A stretch of DNA of 64,000 nt from Squalus acanthias (Eukaryota): positions 372,001 to 436,000 of the forward strand of contig JASTWF010000070.1 in NCBI GenBank assembly GCA_030390025.1, given 5' to 3'. The notes beneath the pieces are model-generated. The model searched no databases. It was not told the DNA's origin and saw only the letters and a list, made by a program, of their open reading frames with translations. The stretch's first letter is position 1; each line of letters opens with the position of its first letter. Positions 1 to 14,107 of the stretch are shown one piece after another. Made by a program: the position numbers and the translations under genes.

Positions 1-1009
1 ATATGTACAGGCAGTGAGTGGCGTGAAACATGACAGATGTCGCTCAATGTGGGGGAGTGTGAGGTAATCCACTGTGGATCTGCTCCTGTTCCTGTGCTCC
101 TAGATCAGCAAGTGAGGATTCTGAATATGGTTAATCATACATGTGAAATATCCAGAGAACACTGGACAGAGAATGTCGCCAATGAGCATGTGCAAGGCTG
201 GTGGGGGAGGCGGGGCTGCGAGTAGCATACGTCAGCACCAACGAGCTTACATATGGGACACAGCTTTAAGGTTTTGGACAAGAAATTCAGGGGGAATGTG
301 AGGAAAAAGTTTTTTACGCAACGAGTGATGAGGACCTGGAAATCGCTGCCGACGGAATTGGTGGAAGCAGACACACTCTATGTTTTCAATGGGAGACTGG
401 ATAGGCACTTGAGAGAAATAAACTTGCAGGGCTACGGGGATAGAGCCGGGGAATGGGACTGACTGGATTGCTCTACAGAGAGCCGGCACGGACTTGATGG
501 GCCGAATGGCCTCCTTCTGTGCCGTTATGGCTCTATATTAACCCTGCGTGTGTACGTAATAGCCACACGTACTATGAACGTGCTGACGTACGAGCACCGT
601 TCTTATTTTGCATAATTAAATAGATCTGCTTGTGAGTACAGTTGAGGTTATTCTCATAGCACTGTAGGTGCTAAGATTGTATAAGTGTATTGATAAATAA
701 AGATTATTAATCTCTCTATCTCTTAGGTCCACCATCATATATTAAAGTGACGGATAAGGATTATTCCGACAGCACCCATCACGTGGTTTGAATTCCAAAC
801 CATAAGCTTGTGTAGATCGGTGGTGAGAGCAGATGTGTCACTTTGGCGGCTTAGCTTCAAAAGCGAAATTGATCCATTGCAGGCCATTCATTAAAGAGCG
901 CCACGCATGATTCTGAGATTAGATTACGAAAGAGATTGCTAAAACTCAGTCTGGTTCCGTTGTTCTCTCAAGTATTGAAAGGGGACATCATCCAGGTCGG
1001 AAAATCACA

Positions 1010-2430
1010 GATAATGAGCCCGCGCATCGAGTTTCCCGGTCAATTGAAAAAAGCGAGTCAGGTTACGTCATTTGATGCTGCGTCGGTGTTCTTAAAGGGA
1101 CCATGCGCAAATATACATTGAAATTTGTGCTGTTCGTGTCCTACAGCATTGAGGTGCTGCAAACATTGACAAGCACTTCACAGAGGTGCACGGCTGCACC
1201 CAGGCTCTCCCATGACTCCCTCCAGAGCACGTAGGGAGCTTAATTTCCCTTCCAAAGAGACCTCCCCAGGAGACCAACGCAGCCTGGTTGCACAATGCAC
1301 AGGAGGTCCCAAGCAGGGATATCGTCAAGAAGACCAGGCTTCAGTGGCGCAAACGTTTCAATGATCTCAGTAGAACACGAAACGTTAATGCAAAGCCACT
1401 CTCAACCTCATCCTGCTGTGCCACTCATCACATCCCCATGACTCTGTTTTTCCTATCCTACTCCTGCATATCCTTACACACAACAACTTACCATGCACCT
1501 CCACCCATCCTCCTCTATCTATATTCTCACTTCCCCATCTCACTAGCCACCCGTCACACTCACCATTATCCCAGTCCAGTCATACCAACTAACAACACAC
1601 AAGTTTAGGAACTTGTGTGTTTTAGCTGATGTTCTTTTGAAGTATCTGCTAATGTGCTGTCAGACATTGAAATCTTTTTTTCCAACACTTTACGTTCTTC
1701 GACAGTTTGGTGTGCACCTTTGAAAGTGGCTTAATGAGTTGCAGTGAATGGTGAAGCATAATCGTAACCCCCACCCCCGCAATTCGGATGAGTGATAAAG
1801 GAATGGCTTGTACATTGTAGGGAGGCTTTATGTTGTTGGTGTGGGGTGGTGCCAACCTGGCTCATCATGTGGCAGCCATATGGGTGTGGAACGTGAAGTG
1901 AAGTAAATCTGGCCACAGTGAGGACATCCCTGGTGTCCCGGGCAGCAATGTGGTCGGGTGCTGATGCCCTCTGTCCTGTGCAGCACCAGGTGATTGTGCA
2001 GAAGGTTGGTGTTGTTGTAGGTGCTGCTGGTGTGCCTGGTGATGCTGGTGTTGCGGCTGATCGTGCTCAGATTCTGAGGATCAAGGTGAGAGAATATAAA
2101 CCATACCCATGCTGATGGAATAGTTGGCAGGTGAACTTGAGATGAGAGAAGGAATCTGTCAATGGTGAAACAGGTTGTTCTAATGAGGTGACACTTGATA
2201 GAGAGTTTTCTCCAAACACTTGCAACATGCATAAAGCTCAATCTCTCCTCCAAATACAGTAAGGAACAGCTTTTGTGCTTCGAAAGTGAACAGCTGTGAG
2301 ATGGGTGCTTTTATGGCACATTTCTAGATGACAAGTAATGAGATGATTCCATGGACATTCAACTCCCGCCCAGCTTAACAGTCGTGATGCCCCAGCAGCG
2401 TGGACCCCGTTGGCGAGCTGGTAAATTCGA
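1010..2430 (+). mobile_element. Degenerate PIF/Harbinger-like DNA transposon (Myb/SANT-like ORF remnant)
   Basis: 1190-1380 encodes AAPRLSHDSL...RPPQETNAAWLHNAQEV..RDIVKKTRLQWRKRFNDL, resembling the Myb/SANT accessory protein of Harbinger elements. Confidence 0.6.
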
Positions 2431-3509
2431 GTGGGGGGTTAAATATAACAATGGGGTAACGCCACACCAACCCACCGCAAAAAGCTCCTGCAGCCATATT
2501 TAAGGTCTCAGGCGGGAAACCTCATTATGATATTGAAATCAGTTTCCCACAATGCAGTTGGGAGCCTGACTTATGTTTAACGGCTGCGAGCCTTGTTTCC
2601 CGCTGCTCAGGAAACCCAGCATCGAAATCTCCCCTTATCCTTCTCTGCTCTAAGGAGAACAATCCCAGCCTCTCCAGTCTCTCCACATAAGTGAAGTCCC
2701 TCATTCCTGGTACCATTCTAGTAAATCTCCTCTGCACACTCTCCAAGGCCTTGACATCCTTCTTAAAGTGTGGTGCTCAGAAATGGCCTCAATACTCCAG
2801 CTGAGGCCTAACCAGTGTTTATTAAGGTTTAGCATAACGTCCTTGCTTTTGTTACCTATGCCTCTATTTTAAATGTTTTCGCAACTAGTCCTGTGACATT
2901 CAAAGATTTGTGTCCCTGAACCCCAGGTGTCTCTGTTCCTGCCCCCACTATACTAACTGAAATGGAGCTATAAACAATGTCAACATGTTTCCAGAAAGCC
3001 GCACTTTACTCGTTATAATTAATAATTCTTCACGTTTCCTTCTTTCAATATTAATTTCCGGTTGTGATGATTTAGTACATGCCCACTTCCCCTTTGCTAC
3101 ATTTCTCCTGCACAATTTACTTCTATGTGAGTAGACGTGATGTATTCAGCTGAAATATGGCACTGGGTAGTCTGATAAATACTGTCAAACATTAATAGTG
3201 TAAAAAAAGAAATACTCCTCTGGGTAACACCTAAATATGTAACAGTAACCTTTTTTACTCACATAATTTGTATTGTGTCACTATCACTGCATTTTGCGGG
3301 AGAAATCACCCAGCTTTTACCGGAAGAGGTTGCTGTGGATTCGGTCATGAGTTCTGTTTGCTGTAGTTCGAAGCGACTCTTTTTAAATAGACTCTGTAGA
3401 CTGTTTGGTGTAATGCGCTATTTAAATAGAATCTGTTTGCTGAGTAAATATAGTTTGTTTGCTGTAAGATAGACTGTTTGCTGTGAGTCCTGTCTTAAGC
3501 CCCGCCCTG

Positions 3510-3980
3510 CCTCCAACAGCAACAACAACAATAACTTGTATTGATATAGCCCATTTAACGACCACTGGACATCCCAACGCGCTTCACAGCCAATTAATTA
3601 CTTTTTGAAGTGTAGTCACTGTTGCAGTGTTGCAATTGCGTTAGCCAATTTGCACAGAGCAAGCTCCCACAAACAGCAATGTGATAATGACCAAAGCATC
3701 TGTTTTAGTGATATTGATTGAGGGATAAATATTGGCCTCAGGACACCGGGGAGGTATCCCCTGCTCTTCTTCGAAAAAGTTGCTGTGGGTTCTTGTACAT
3801 CCACGGCGCCTCGATTTAACGTTTCATCTAAGAGACGGCACCTCCGACAGTGCAGCGCTCCCTCAGTATTGCACTGGGAGTGTCAGCATGGATTTTTGTG
3901 CTCGAGTCTCACGGAGTGAGCACTTGAACTCCCAACTCTCTTGACTCAGAGGCAAGGGTGCGACCCTCTGAGCCACAGCG
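3510..3980 (-). mobile_element. tRNA-derived SINE with Deu-like core
   Basis: tRNA-like head (GTGGCTCAG..GAGTTCAAG) and core CCAATATTTATCCCTCAA..TTGCTGTTTGTGGGAGCTTGCT, shared with the other copies. Confidence 0.75.
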
Positions 3981-4234
3981 TCAACGGATCACCTTTAACT
4001 TCATAATACTTGACAAAGTGCTTCACAGGAACGTCATCTAATAGGACACTGAACCACATAAGGAGACATTAGGACAGGTGAACAAAAGCTTGGTCAAGGA
4101 GAAAGGTTTTGAGGAGCTTCTTAAAGGGGGAAAGGCAGGTAGAGGGGCAGAGACGTTCCAGAGCTTAGGGCATTGATAACTGAAAACTCGGCCGCCAATG
4201 GTGGAGCAAATAAAATCGGGGAGAATTGGAGGAG

Positions 4235-4505
4235 ACCCTCTTCGGAAGAAATCGGCTCGGGATCGGCCACTCTGTCCTGCCTGGTGAGTCGCTTTAAGCC
4301 GGGCTTGGTTGGCCAAGAGACAGAGAGCGGGGTGACGACAGGCGCCGTGTCCCCGGACAGCGATCAAACCTACAGCCTGAGCAGTTACCTGAGAGTCCCC
4401 GCCGCCGCCTGGAACAAGGGCTCCAGCTATTCCTGCAGCGTCAGCCACGGCTCCCTGAGCTCGCGTCTTCTCAAGACCATCAGCGCCTCCTCGTGTTCAG
4501 ACTGA
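4235..4505 (+). pseudogene. Ig light chain C-exon relic (5'-truncated, internal 21-nt deletion; no V/J or promoter)
   Basis: PSSEEIGSGSATLSCLVSRFKPGLV-GQET...SCSD*. Lacks RLRWSVD (conserved Trp) and the splice acceptor; fused to an L2 fragment; 3'UTR with AATAAA at 4816-4821 retained. Confidence 0.92.
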
Positions 4506-5704
4506 GGCGGTGCGAGTTGGCAGTGGAGTTTGATTTTTGCTAGTGTTTAATATAATGAAATAGATCATTCGATGTGTGCAGTCCGCCTTTTTCTGCAATG
4601 TAATCGCTGTAGCAATTTCAGTTTTTGGTAAACAATGGGAATGTTAAATAATATCAGAAGTGAGTGAAATGATTCTCCAGCTTTGTGAGATGGAACTTTC
4701 TGTACAACTGTCCCCAATATCTTGTGTGTAAACTTTCGCTGTGTGTAGAATGGGGACAGATTTCCCTTTAGTCTGTGACCGTATTGTGTTTGGGAACTTG
4801 TGTAACACAGCTCTTAATAAACATGAAATGCTGCTACCAACTTAAAGTGATCCGTCTTTCGGCAGATTTTAATTCCGGTTTTATTAAATCTATTTGTGGC
4901 TGATTAAATTATTAAAATCTTAAACCTTTAATTTACAAATGTTTAATGTCCAATTGGAGTTTCTGTTCAGGGAATGTTCCAAGATTTCGAAGATTTTTAA
5001 TTTTAATGAATATTTGGTCTGTGTTCTACCCCAGAAAAATCAGCGGCGGATTGTAGAGATACGGATCAGCTGATGCACTTCGGCCGGAATCGTTCTGATA
5101 ACGCGCTGTTATTCTCTGATATACTGCATCAGATTTAAAAATAATCTTTCCCCCTAAAATACATATTTCATAATTGACTTACGTCCGTTTCTCTAAATCA
5201 GAATCAAGACAACACTGGATTTGTCAATCCCCTTAAAATTGGGGTTTCAATTGATAAATATGATTTGGGCTTCAGTCTGTAAATACATTTCTGATGCGAA
5301 TATTCCTGAGGGGCACTAAAGCGCTAATTAGATAAATTGTTAATTATTGGGTTGTCTCGAGATATTAGCGTCAATGGAATAATATATTTTGTTTAATAAA
5401 TATCTGAATTGTGTATCTGTGAAGTTCGGTATTCCCCTGTTCCTTAGAAAAACACACAGAGCGGCCGGAGGGATTCTCGCCCCCTGGAGTAGCCGGCACT
5501 GAATTCGGGCAGGGATTGGTTCTCACCTGGACAAGGGGCTTTTCGGTGAACCCCAGTTTCTTGGTTCTGTTTCTGCGCTTGAACTGATCACTGATTCCTC
5601 TGGTCTGTTAGAATTATTAAAGGGGCTTTGCTGCTGTGACTGGAGCTGCTCGCTCAACCTTGCACAGGGACCGAGAGCTTTGTCACTGCTGACACTGACA
5701 CGGC

Positions 5705-6475
5705 TCTTCGGTCTCCGCCACAAATTCCGTTCCCTCACCACCAACTCCATCCCTCTCCCTGGGAAATGTCTGAGACTGTTGGCAACCATGGTGTCATATC
5801 TGACCTCGACATGAGCTTCCGACCACATATCCGTGCCATAAGTAAGACAGCCTATTTCCACCTCCATAACATCGCCTGACTCAACCTTGCCTCAGCTCAT
5901 CAGCTGCTGAAACCCTCATGCGCACATTTTTTACCTCTAGTCTTGACTATACCAACACACACTTTTGGCCGGCCTCCCACTTTCTAGCCTCCATAAACTT
6001 GAGACCATCCAAAACATGCACCAAGTCTCATCACCCCTGTGCTCGCTGACCTAAATTGGCTCCCGGTTAAGTAACACCTCAATTTTAAAATGATCATTCT
6101 TGTTTTCAAATCCCTCCATGGACTCACCCCTCCCTATCTCTGTCATCACCTCCAGCCCGACAACATTCCGAGATATCTGCGTTCCAGCAATTCTGGCCTC
6201 TTGCGCATCGCTCCACCATTGGTGGCAGTGCTTTCAGCTGGCTAGGCCCTAAGTCTGGACTTCCCTCGCTGCACATCTCTGCATCTCTACCTCTCTTTCC
6301 GCCTTTAAGACACTCCTTAAAACCTGCCTCTTTGACCAAGTTTTTGGTCATAGGCCTTAATATCTCCTTATATGGCTCGGAGCCAAAGTTTTTTGAGAAC
6401 ACTCCTGTGAAGCAACTTTGGACGTTTTACTACATTAAAGGTGCTATATGAATACAAGTTGTTGTTGTTGTTGGA
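5705..6475 (+). mobile_element. L2-clade LINE 3' fragment
   Basis: Degenerate ...AETL.HAF.TSRLDY..ITPVLADL.WLPV.. motifs; (GTT)n tail; paralogous to 21640-22585 and 63290-64000. Confidence 0.75.
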
Positions 6476-8314
6476 GGTGGGACGGGACTATAGGCAGGAT
6501 TCACATCGAACAGTCTACCTTACAGCAAACAATCTCTATTTATTCATCAAACCGTGTCTATTTAAGCAGCGTATGACAGCAAACAGTCTACAGGGTCTAT
6601 TTAAAAAGAGCATGTACAAACTACAGCAAACAGAACTCATGACCGGAACTAAACAACTTCACCCGATAAAAGCTGGGTGATTTCTCCAGCAAAATGCAGT
6701 GAGTCGAGAATCCTTAGAGAATACAAATTATGGGTGTAAAAGGCTACAGTTACATAATTAGTTGTTACACAGAGGATTTTTAGCTTTTTTTGCAGTATTT
6801 AACATACTACCTAATGCCATAATGCAGCTGAACACATTTCATCTACTTACATAGAAGTAAATTGTGCAGGAGAAATGTAGCAATGGGGAAGTGGGCATGT
6901 ACTAAATCATCACAACCGGAGATTAATATGGAAAGAAGGAAAGGTGTGGAATTATTAATTTTTACTAGTAAAGTGCGCCTTTCTGGAAACATGTTGACAG
7001 GGTTTAAAGCTCCATTTCAGTCAGTGAAGTGGATGCAGGAACTGAGAGACCTGGGGTTCAGGTACACCCATCTTTGAAGGTTGCAAGACAAGTTACGAAG
7101 GCTGTTAAAATAGAGGTATAGATGACAAAACAACGGCGTTATGCTAAACCTAAAGGGATGAGGGACTTCACTTATGTGGAGAGGCTGGGATTGTTCTCCT
7201 TAGAGCAGGGAGGGTTAAGGGGAGATTTCGATGCTGGGTTTCCTGAGCACCGAGAAACCCGGCTTGCAGCCGTTTAATTCAAGTCAGGCTCCCAACTGCA
7301 CTGTGGGAGCCTGATTTAAATATTATAATGAGGTTTCCTGCCTGAGAGCTTTGATATGGCGGCAGGAGCTTATGCGGTGGGTTCAGGTGGGGTTACCTCA
7401 TTTTTTATATGTAACACACCTCCACCCTTTCCCGCCCATCTTATTCCCATCCAATCCCCCAATACAGCATTCAGGTCCTATTGGGTTCAGGAATGAATTG
7501 CTGGGTCAATAAAGTATTCTAAGAGCACTGTATGTAGGTTACAGAGCACCAACAACAACGTGTTTTTATGCAGCGCCTTTAACGTAGTAAAAGACCCAAG
7601 GTGCTTCACAGGAGCGATTATCAGACAAAATTTGGCACCGAGCCACATAAGGAGATATTAGGACAGGTGACCAAAAGCTTGGTCAAAGAGGTAGGTTTTA
7701 AAGAGGGTCTTAAAGGTGGAGAGAGACGCGGAGAGGTTTAGAGCAGGGCTTGGGACAGATTGGGATCCACGCAGTTTCGCAACCTGCAGTTCAAATTTGA
7801 AATGTTCAGAAATTTGTGGGTGAATAGAACAGGTGGAGCACTTTAAGTGACAGGAGTGTCATTCCGCCGGATTCACACTTCCCGGATTGTCCTTTCGCTT
7901 TGGAGTCAATGCCGGATGTTTGCTTACCTGGGCGGGTCCGGTGCCGGCGGTGGTCATGCCGGGTCGCGACCCCGCTGCTGGCTCCATCCCGCTGTGGAAA
8001 ATGAACTTACCTTAATTGAGCCCGCCCAGCGCCTTGTCTTGCCCAATGAGATGGAGCGGGTATAGTGACGTTATTGAACCGCGACCTTTAAAGGAACCAT
8101 GGCCACATCACAGTTGAAGTTTAATCTAATATAGTGCTGCCGGTGCACGAAGGGGCATGGGGGCGAGATGACAGTTCGATCCTGACCCGCTCCCAAAATA
8201 ATAACTTTCCCACCCGACCCGGCACCGATCTCGCCCACTATCACCCTGGAAAATTCTGACTGGGCCTGTACCTTGTTCTAACCCACTCCAAAATAAAATC
8301 TAACTGCACTCTTT

Positions 8315-11300
8315 GGGGGGAATTTTCCTGGGGTCAGCGAGCGGGGTCTGTGGCGGGTCAGGAGGGAAAGTGTATTTTTACAGTGGTCGGGACCCCGCTG
8401 TCAACCCGCCACCACGTGCCTTTACCAAATGTCGGGCCTGTCAGCGCTGAGCAGACCCGACGCGCAGTGGCGGGTAAGGCAATTCAGGTCATGATGACCT
8501 TGTTAACAGAGGAGTAACAACAATTGTGAGCTCGTCTTTCGAATTTACCAGCTCGCCAACGGGGTCCACACTGCTCGGGCATCACGTCTGTTAAGCTGGG
8601 CGGGAGTTGAATGGCCATGGAATCATCTCATTACTTGACATTTGGAAATGTGCTATAAAAGCACGCATCTCACAGCTGTTCACTTTCCAAGCTCAGAAGC
8701 TGTTGCTTACTGCATTTGGAAGCCAGATTGAGCTTTATGCAGTTTGCAAGTGTTTGGAGCAAACTTTCTATCCAGTGTCACCTCATTGGAACAATCGCTC
8801 TCACCATTGACAGATTGCTTCTGTCATCTCACATTCACCTGCCATCTATTCCATCAGCAAAGGTACGGTTTATACGCTCTCAACTTGGTCCTCAGAATCT
8901 GAGCACGATCAGCTGCAACACCAGCATCACCAGGCACAGCAGCAGCACCAACAACAACACCAACCTTCTCGGCAATCACCTGCCCATGCTGCCCAAGACA
9001 GATGGCATCAGCACCCGACCACATTGCTGCCCGGGACGTCAGGAATAGGATGACCTCACCATGGCCAGATTTACTTCACTTCATGTTGCACACCCTGGCT
9101 GCCACATGATGCGCCAGGTTGGCACCACCCCACACCAACAACATAAAGCATCCCTACAAAGCCCAAGTCATTCCTTTCACAGTTATCAGCTTTGCGGTGG
9201 GTACCGTTATGTATCACCGTTCACTGCAACACTCTTAGCCACTTCCAAAGGTACACACCAATCTGTCGAAGAATGGAAACTGTTGAAAATAAAGATTTCA
9301 ATGTTTGACAACACATTAACAGAAACTACAGTATTTGTAGGGAAATGGTGTTAGGGAAATTGACGGCATTAAACGCCGATAAATCCCCAGGGCCTGATAA
9401 TCTACATCCTAGGGTACTTAAGGAAGTGGCCCTAGAAGTAGTAGATGCATTGCTGGTCATATTCCAAAATTCTATAGACTCTGGAACAGTTCCTATGGAT
9501 TGGAGGGTAGCTAATGTTACCCCACTGTTCAAAAGTGGTGGTAAAGAAAAAAAGGGGTCAGGGTAAGCCTGACATCAGTTGTGGGGAAAATGCTAGAGTC
9601 CATTATATAAGATGTAATAGCAGAGCAATTGGAAAACAGTGACAGGATTGGACAAAGTCAACATGGATTTACAAAAGGTAAATCGTGATCGACTAATCTA
9701 CTGGAATTTTTTGAGGATGTAACTGATAGAATAGATAAGGGAGAACCAGTGGATGTGGTGTATTTGGACTTTCAGAAGGCTTTCGATAAGGTCCCGCATA
9801 AGAGATTAGCGTGTAAAGTTAAGGCACATGGGATTGGGGGCAAGGTACTGAGTTGGACAGAGAACTGGTTGGCAGACAGGAAGCAAAGAGTTGGAATAAA
9901 CGGGTGTTTTTCCGAGTGGCAGGCAGTGACTGGTGGGGTTCCGCAGGGATCAGTCCTAGGACCCCAGCTATTCACTATATATATTAATGATCTAGACGAG
10001 GGAACTAGATGTAATATCTCCAAGTTTGCAGATGACACAAAGCTGGGTGGGCGTGTGTGCTGCGAGGAGGATGCCGATAAACTCCAGTATGATTTGGACA
10101 GGTTGGGTGATTGGGCAGAAGCATGGCAGATGCAGTATAATGTGGATAAATGCGAGGTTATCCACTTTGGTGTCAAAAACAGAAATGCAGATTATTATCT
10201 GAATGGCAATAGATTGGGAGAAGGGGAAGTGCAACGAGACCTGGGTGTCCTTGTGCACCAGTCGCTGAAGGTAAGCATGCAGGTACAGCAGGCGGTTAAG
10301 AAGGCAAATGGTATGTTGGCCTTCGTAGCGAGAGGGTTTGAGTACAGGAACAAGGATGTCTTGCTGCAGCTGTACAGGGCCTTGCTGAGACCACACCTTG
10401 AGTATTGTGTGCAGTTTTGGTCGCCTTATCTGAGGAAGGATGTTCTTGCCATGGATGGAGTTCAGAGAAGATTCACCAGACTGATACCTGGGATGGCAGG
10501 AATGACGTACGAGGAGAGATTGGGTCGATTGGGCTTATACTCGCTGGAGTTTAGAAGAATGAGAGGAGATCTCATTGAAACTTATAAAATTCTAACAGGG
10601 CTAGACAGACTGGATGCAGGAAGAATGTTCCCGATGGCGGGTGAGTCCAGAACAAGAGATCACAGTCTAACGATAAGGGGTACGCCATTTAGGACAGAGA
10701 TGAGGAGGAATTTCTTCACCCAGAGAGTGGTGAACCTGTGGAATTCTCTACCACAGAAGGCAGTTGAGGCCAAGTCAGTAAATATATTCAAGAAGGAGTT
10801 AGATATATTTCTTAAGGCTAAAGGTATCAAGGGATATGGGAGAAGGCAGGGACAAGGTACTGAATTTGGATGGTCAGCCATGATCTCATCGAATGGTGGA
10901 GCAGGCTCGAGGGGCCGAATGGCCTACTCCTGCTCCTATCTTCTATGTTTCTATGTTTCACATGAGCATTGGCTAAAACACGCAATTGCCTATCTTTTTG
11001 TGTTGTTAGTTGGTATGATTGGACTAGGCTGAGGATGAGTGTGAGGGGTGGCTAGTGAGATGGGGAAGTAAAAATATAGATACGGAAGGATGGGTGGAGG
11101 TGCAAGGTGAGAAGGGGTGCGTAAGGGTGTACAGGAGTAGGATAGTGAAGGCAGAGTGATGGGGATATGATGGGTGGCACAGCAGAATGAGATTGAGTAA
11201 GGCTTTGTAGTAACGTTTCCTGATCTACTGAGATCATTGAAAGGTTTGCACCAGTGCAGCCTAGTCCTCTTGACGACATCCCTGCTTCTGCCCTCCTGCG

Positions 11301-11720
11301 CAATGTGCAACAGGGCTGCGTTGGTCTCCTTGGGAGGTCTCTTCTGCCCATTTTAAGGGAAGCGAAACTCTCTGCATGCTGCAGAGAGAGTCATGGGAGA
11401 GCCTGGGTAAAGCCGTGGGCCTCTGTGCCGCGCTTGTCAGTGTTTGCAGCACTTCAGTGCTGTAGAACACTGACAGCACAAATGTCAAAGTGAATTTACG
11501 CATGGTCCCTTTAAGGAAACCATTCAAAGGATGACGCGTCATCAATTGACGTCATCAGACCCGGCTCATTCAGTTGGCCGGGAAACTCGCTGGGCGGGCT
11601 AAACAAGCCCAAACAGGGGAAGGTCATGTCGCAGGCCGGGCTTGAGCCAGCAGCGAGGCCGCGACCCGCCACCGACCCTGCCCGCCACTGACACACCCAG
11701 GTTGGGGAAATCGCGGCCTA
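8315..11720 (-). mobile_element. Second, inverted copy of the Harbinger-like element, interrupted by the CR1 at 9340-10960
   Basis: 8530-9320 and 10990-11600 are reverse complements of 1620-2430 and 1010-1620; ORF 10990-11310 HIAQEGRSRDVVKRTRLHWCKPFNDLSR. Confidence 0.6.
9340..10960 (+). mobile_element. CR1-clade LINE, 5'-truncated (reverse transcriptase ORF2)
   Basis: ORF 9749-11032 with YLDFQKAFDKV, GVPQGSVLGP, FADD and RPHLEYCVQFW; 3' (CTATGTTT) repeats. Confidence 0.95.
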
Positions 11721-14107
11721 CGTATCTCCACAGGGATTCTTTGGCACCGTTCTGCTATACTGTGTGGGAAATGTTCATCTTTTCCTCTTTTGCTGTCCTG
11801 CGTGTAGTTCATTAGCTCTCCTCCAATTACTCGTTCACAGCCCAGCCCAAAGTGCCTGATTAAACTTTCATTATCTGTGCTTTTCCGACCTGGATGATGT
11901 CCCCTTTCAATACTTGATTGAGCAACGGAACTAGACTGAGTTTTAGCAATGTCTTTCGTAATCTAATCCCAGAAGGATGCGTGGCGCTCTTTAATGAATG
12001 GCCTGCAATGGATCGATTTCGTTCTTGAAGCTAGGGCGCCAAAGGTGACACATGTGGTCACAGCACCGATCTACAGAAGCTGAAGGTTTGGAAATCAAAC
12101 TGCCAGGTGATGTGTGGTGCCAGAATAATCCTTAACCCTCACTTTAGTACAGGCTGGAGGACTCAAGAGATAGAGAGATTAATAACCTGTATTTATCAAT
12201 ACCCTTATACTAATTTAGCACCTGCTGTTCTATGAGAATTACCTGAAATGTACCCACAAGCACAACTATTTCATTATGCAAGGTAAGCGTGGTGCTAGTA
12301 CGTCAGCACGTTCATAGTACGTGTGGTTATCACGTAAGCACGCAAGTTTTAATATGTAAGTGCGTTAGTGGTGACGCAGCCTCCACGCCCCTCTCCGTTC
12401 CCCCACTAACATTGCCCATGCTCATTGGCGAAACTATCTGCCTATTGTTCTCGGGTCTTTTCACATGCATGATTAACCATATTCAGAATCCTCACTTCGT
12501 TATCAAAGAGCACAGGAACAGGAGCAGATCCAAAGTGGATTACCTTACACTCCCATACGTTGAGCTACAGCTGTCATATTTCAGTCCACTCACAACCTGT
12601 GTACATCCGCTTGTAACTTCCTGCTTCCATGTACACAAGTAACTGAGCCTCCTAACTTAACGCCACCTGCAAACATGGATATACAACGTTCGATTCCTTC
12701 ATCCAAGTCATTAATTAATATAGAGGACATATTGAGGCCCCAGAACTGATCCCTGGGGAACTGCACTTGTCACATCCTGCCAATCTGAGTACCTACTCTT
12801 TATACCCACTCTCGCTCTCCTAATTCCCAACCAAACTCCAACCCAAAGCAAAAGGCCACCTCCCATTCCATGCGGTCTCATTTTTGCCAATAATCTTTTG
12901 TGTGGAACCTTATTGAATGCCTTCAGGGAGTCCATATAGCTAACATCCATAGACACTCCTTTGGCAATCTGATTAGTGATTTGCTCAAGAAATGCAACTA
13001 CATTAGTCAGATATGAGGTAACCTTAACAAAGCCATGCTGGCCCCCTTTGATCCGCTCATATTTGCTTCAGTGTTCAGTCACTCTTTCCTTAATGACAGA
13101 TTCTAGAAGCTTCCCCATTGACGTTAAACTGACAAGCCGGTAGTTACCTGCTTTCTCTCTCCCACCTTTCTTCAATAATCCAGTGTCTGGAGCACTGAGT
13201 ACATTTCAGGTCACCGCACCTCAGAACGGATATATTGGAAGGAGTTCAGCGGAGATTCACCAGAATGTTACCAGGGTTACAAGGTTTAAATTATGAGAAG
13301 AGATTACAAAACTAGGCTTGTAATCCCTGGAACACAGAGTGTTCAGGCGTGATTTCATTGAGGTTTTCAGGATTTTGAAAGGAATTAATCGGGTCGATGG
13401 AGATACATTACTCCTCTGGTGTGGGTCGTCCAGAACAATGGGGCATAACCTTAAAATAAAGAAAGTCCGTAGTGAATTCAGGAGAAACCTTTCATTCCCA
13501 GAGAGTGCTGAGAATGTGGAACTCACTACCATATGGAATAGTTGACTCGAATAGCAGAGAAGTATTTAAGGGGAAGCTCGATAAGTACATGAGGGAGAAA
13601 GGAATAGAAGGATATGTTGATGGAGTGAGATGAAATAGGTGTGGGAAGAGGCTCGAGTGGAGAATAAACAGCGCCATAGACTGATTGGTCTGAAAGGCCT
13701 GATTGTGCTGTACATTCTATGTAATCCACTCAATGTCCCTTTAAGTGCTGAGTAAAGACGGACCACTTTAAGCTCGTGACAGCATTTCATGTTTATTAAG
13801 AGCTGTGTTGCACAAGTTCCCAATCACAATATGGTCACAGACTAAAGGGAAATCTGTCCCCATTCTACACAAAGCGAAAGTTTATAGACAAGATATTGGG
13901 GACAGTTGTACAGAAAGTTCCATCTCACAAAGCTGGACAATGATTTCGTTCTCTTCTGATGTTATTGAACATTCGGGTTATTTACGAAAAACTGAAATTG
14001 CTACAGCGATTACATTGCAAAAAAAAGGCTGATTGCACACATTGAATGACCTGTTTCATGACATTAAACACCAGCAAAAATCCAGCTCCACTCCAACTTG
14101 CACCGCC

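Larger units (their letters stand above)
1..12610. repeat. Large imperfect inverted duplication (arms ~1-3540 and ~6440-12610)
   Basis: Collinear reverse-complement matches, e.g. 1-240 vs 12360-12610, 540-1000 vs 11870-12350, 2480-3540 vs 6440-7400. Confidence 0.85.

Noticed and set aside
540-1000. Possible LTR/Gypsy relic (also 11870-12350)
   Set aside because: AATAAA followed by a PBS-like word is suggestive, but no paired LTR or recognisable gag/pol; unsupported without a Dfam search.
4173-4234. N-terminal extension MITENSAANGGANKIGENWRR on the C relic ORF
   Set aside because: Antisense L2 sequence fused by deletion; non-ATG start; not a real exon.
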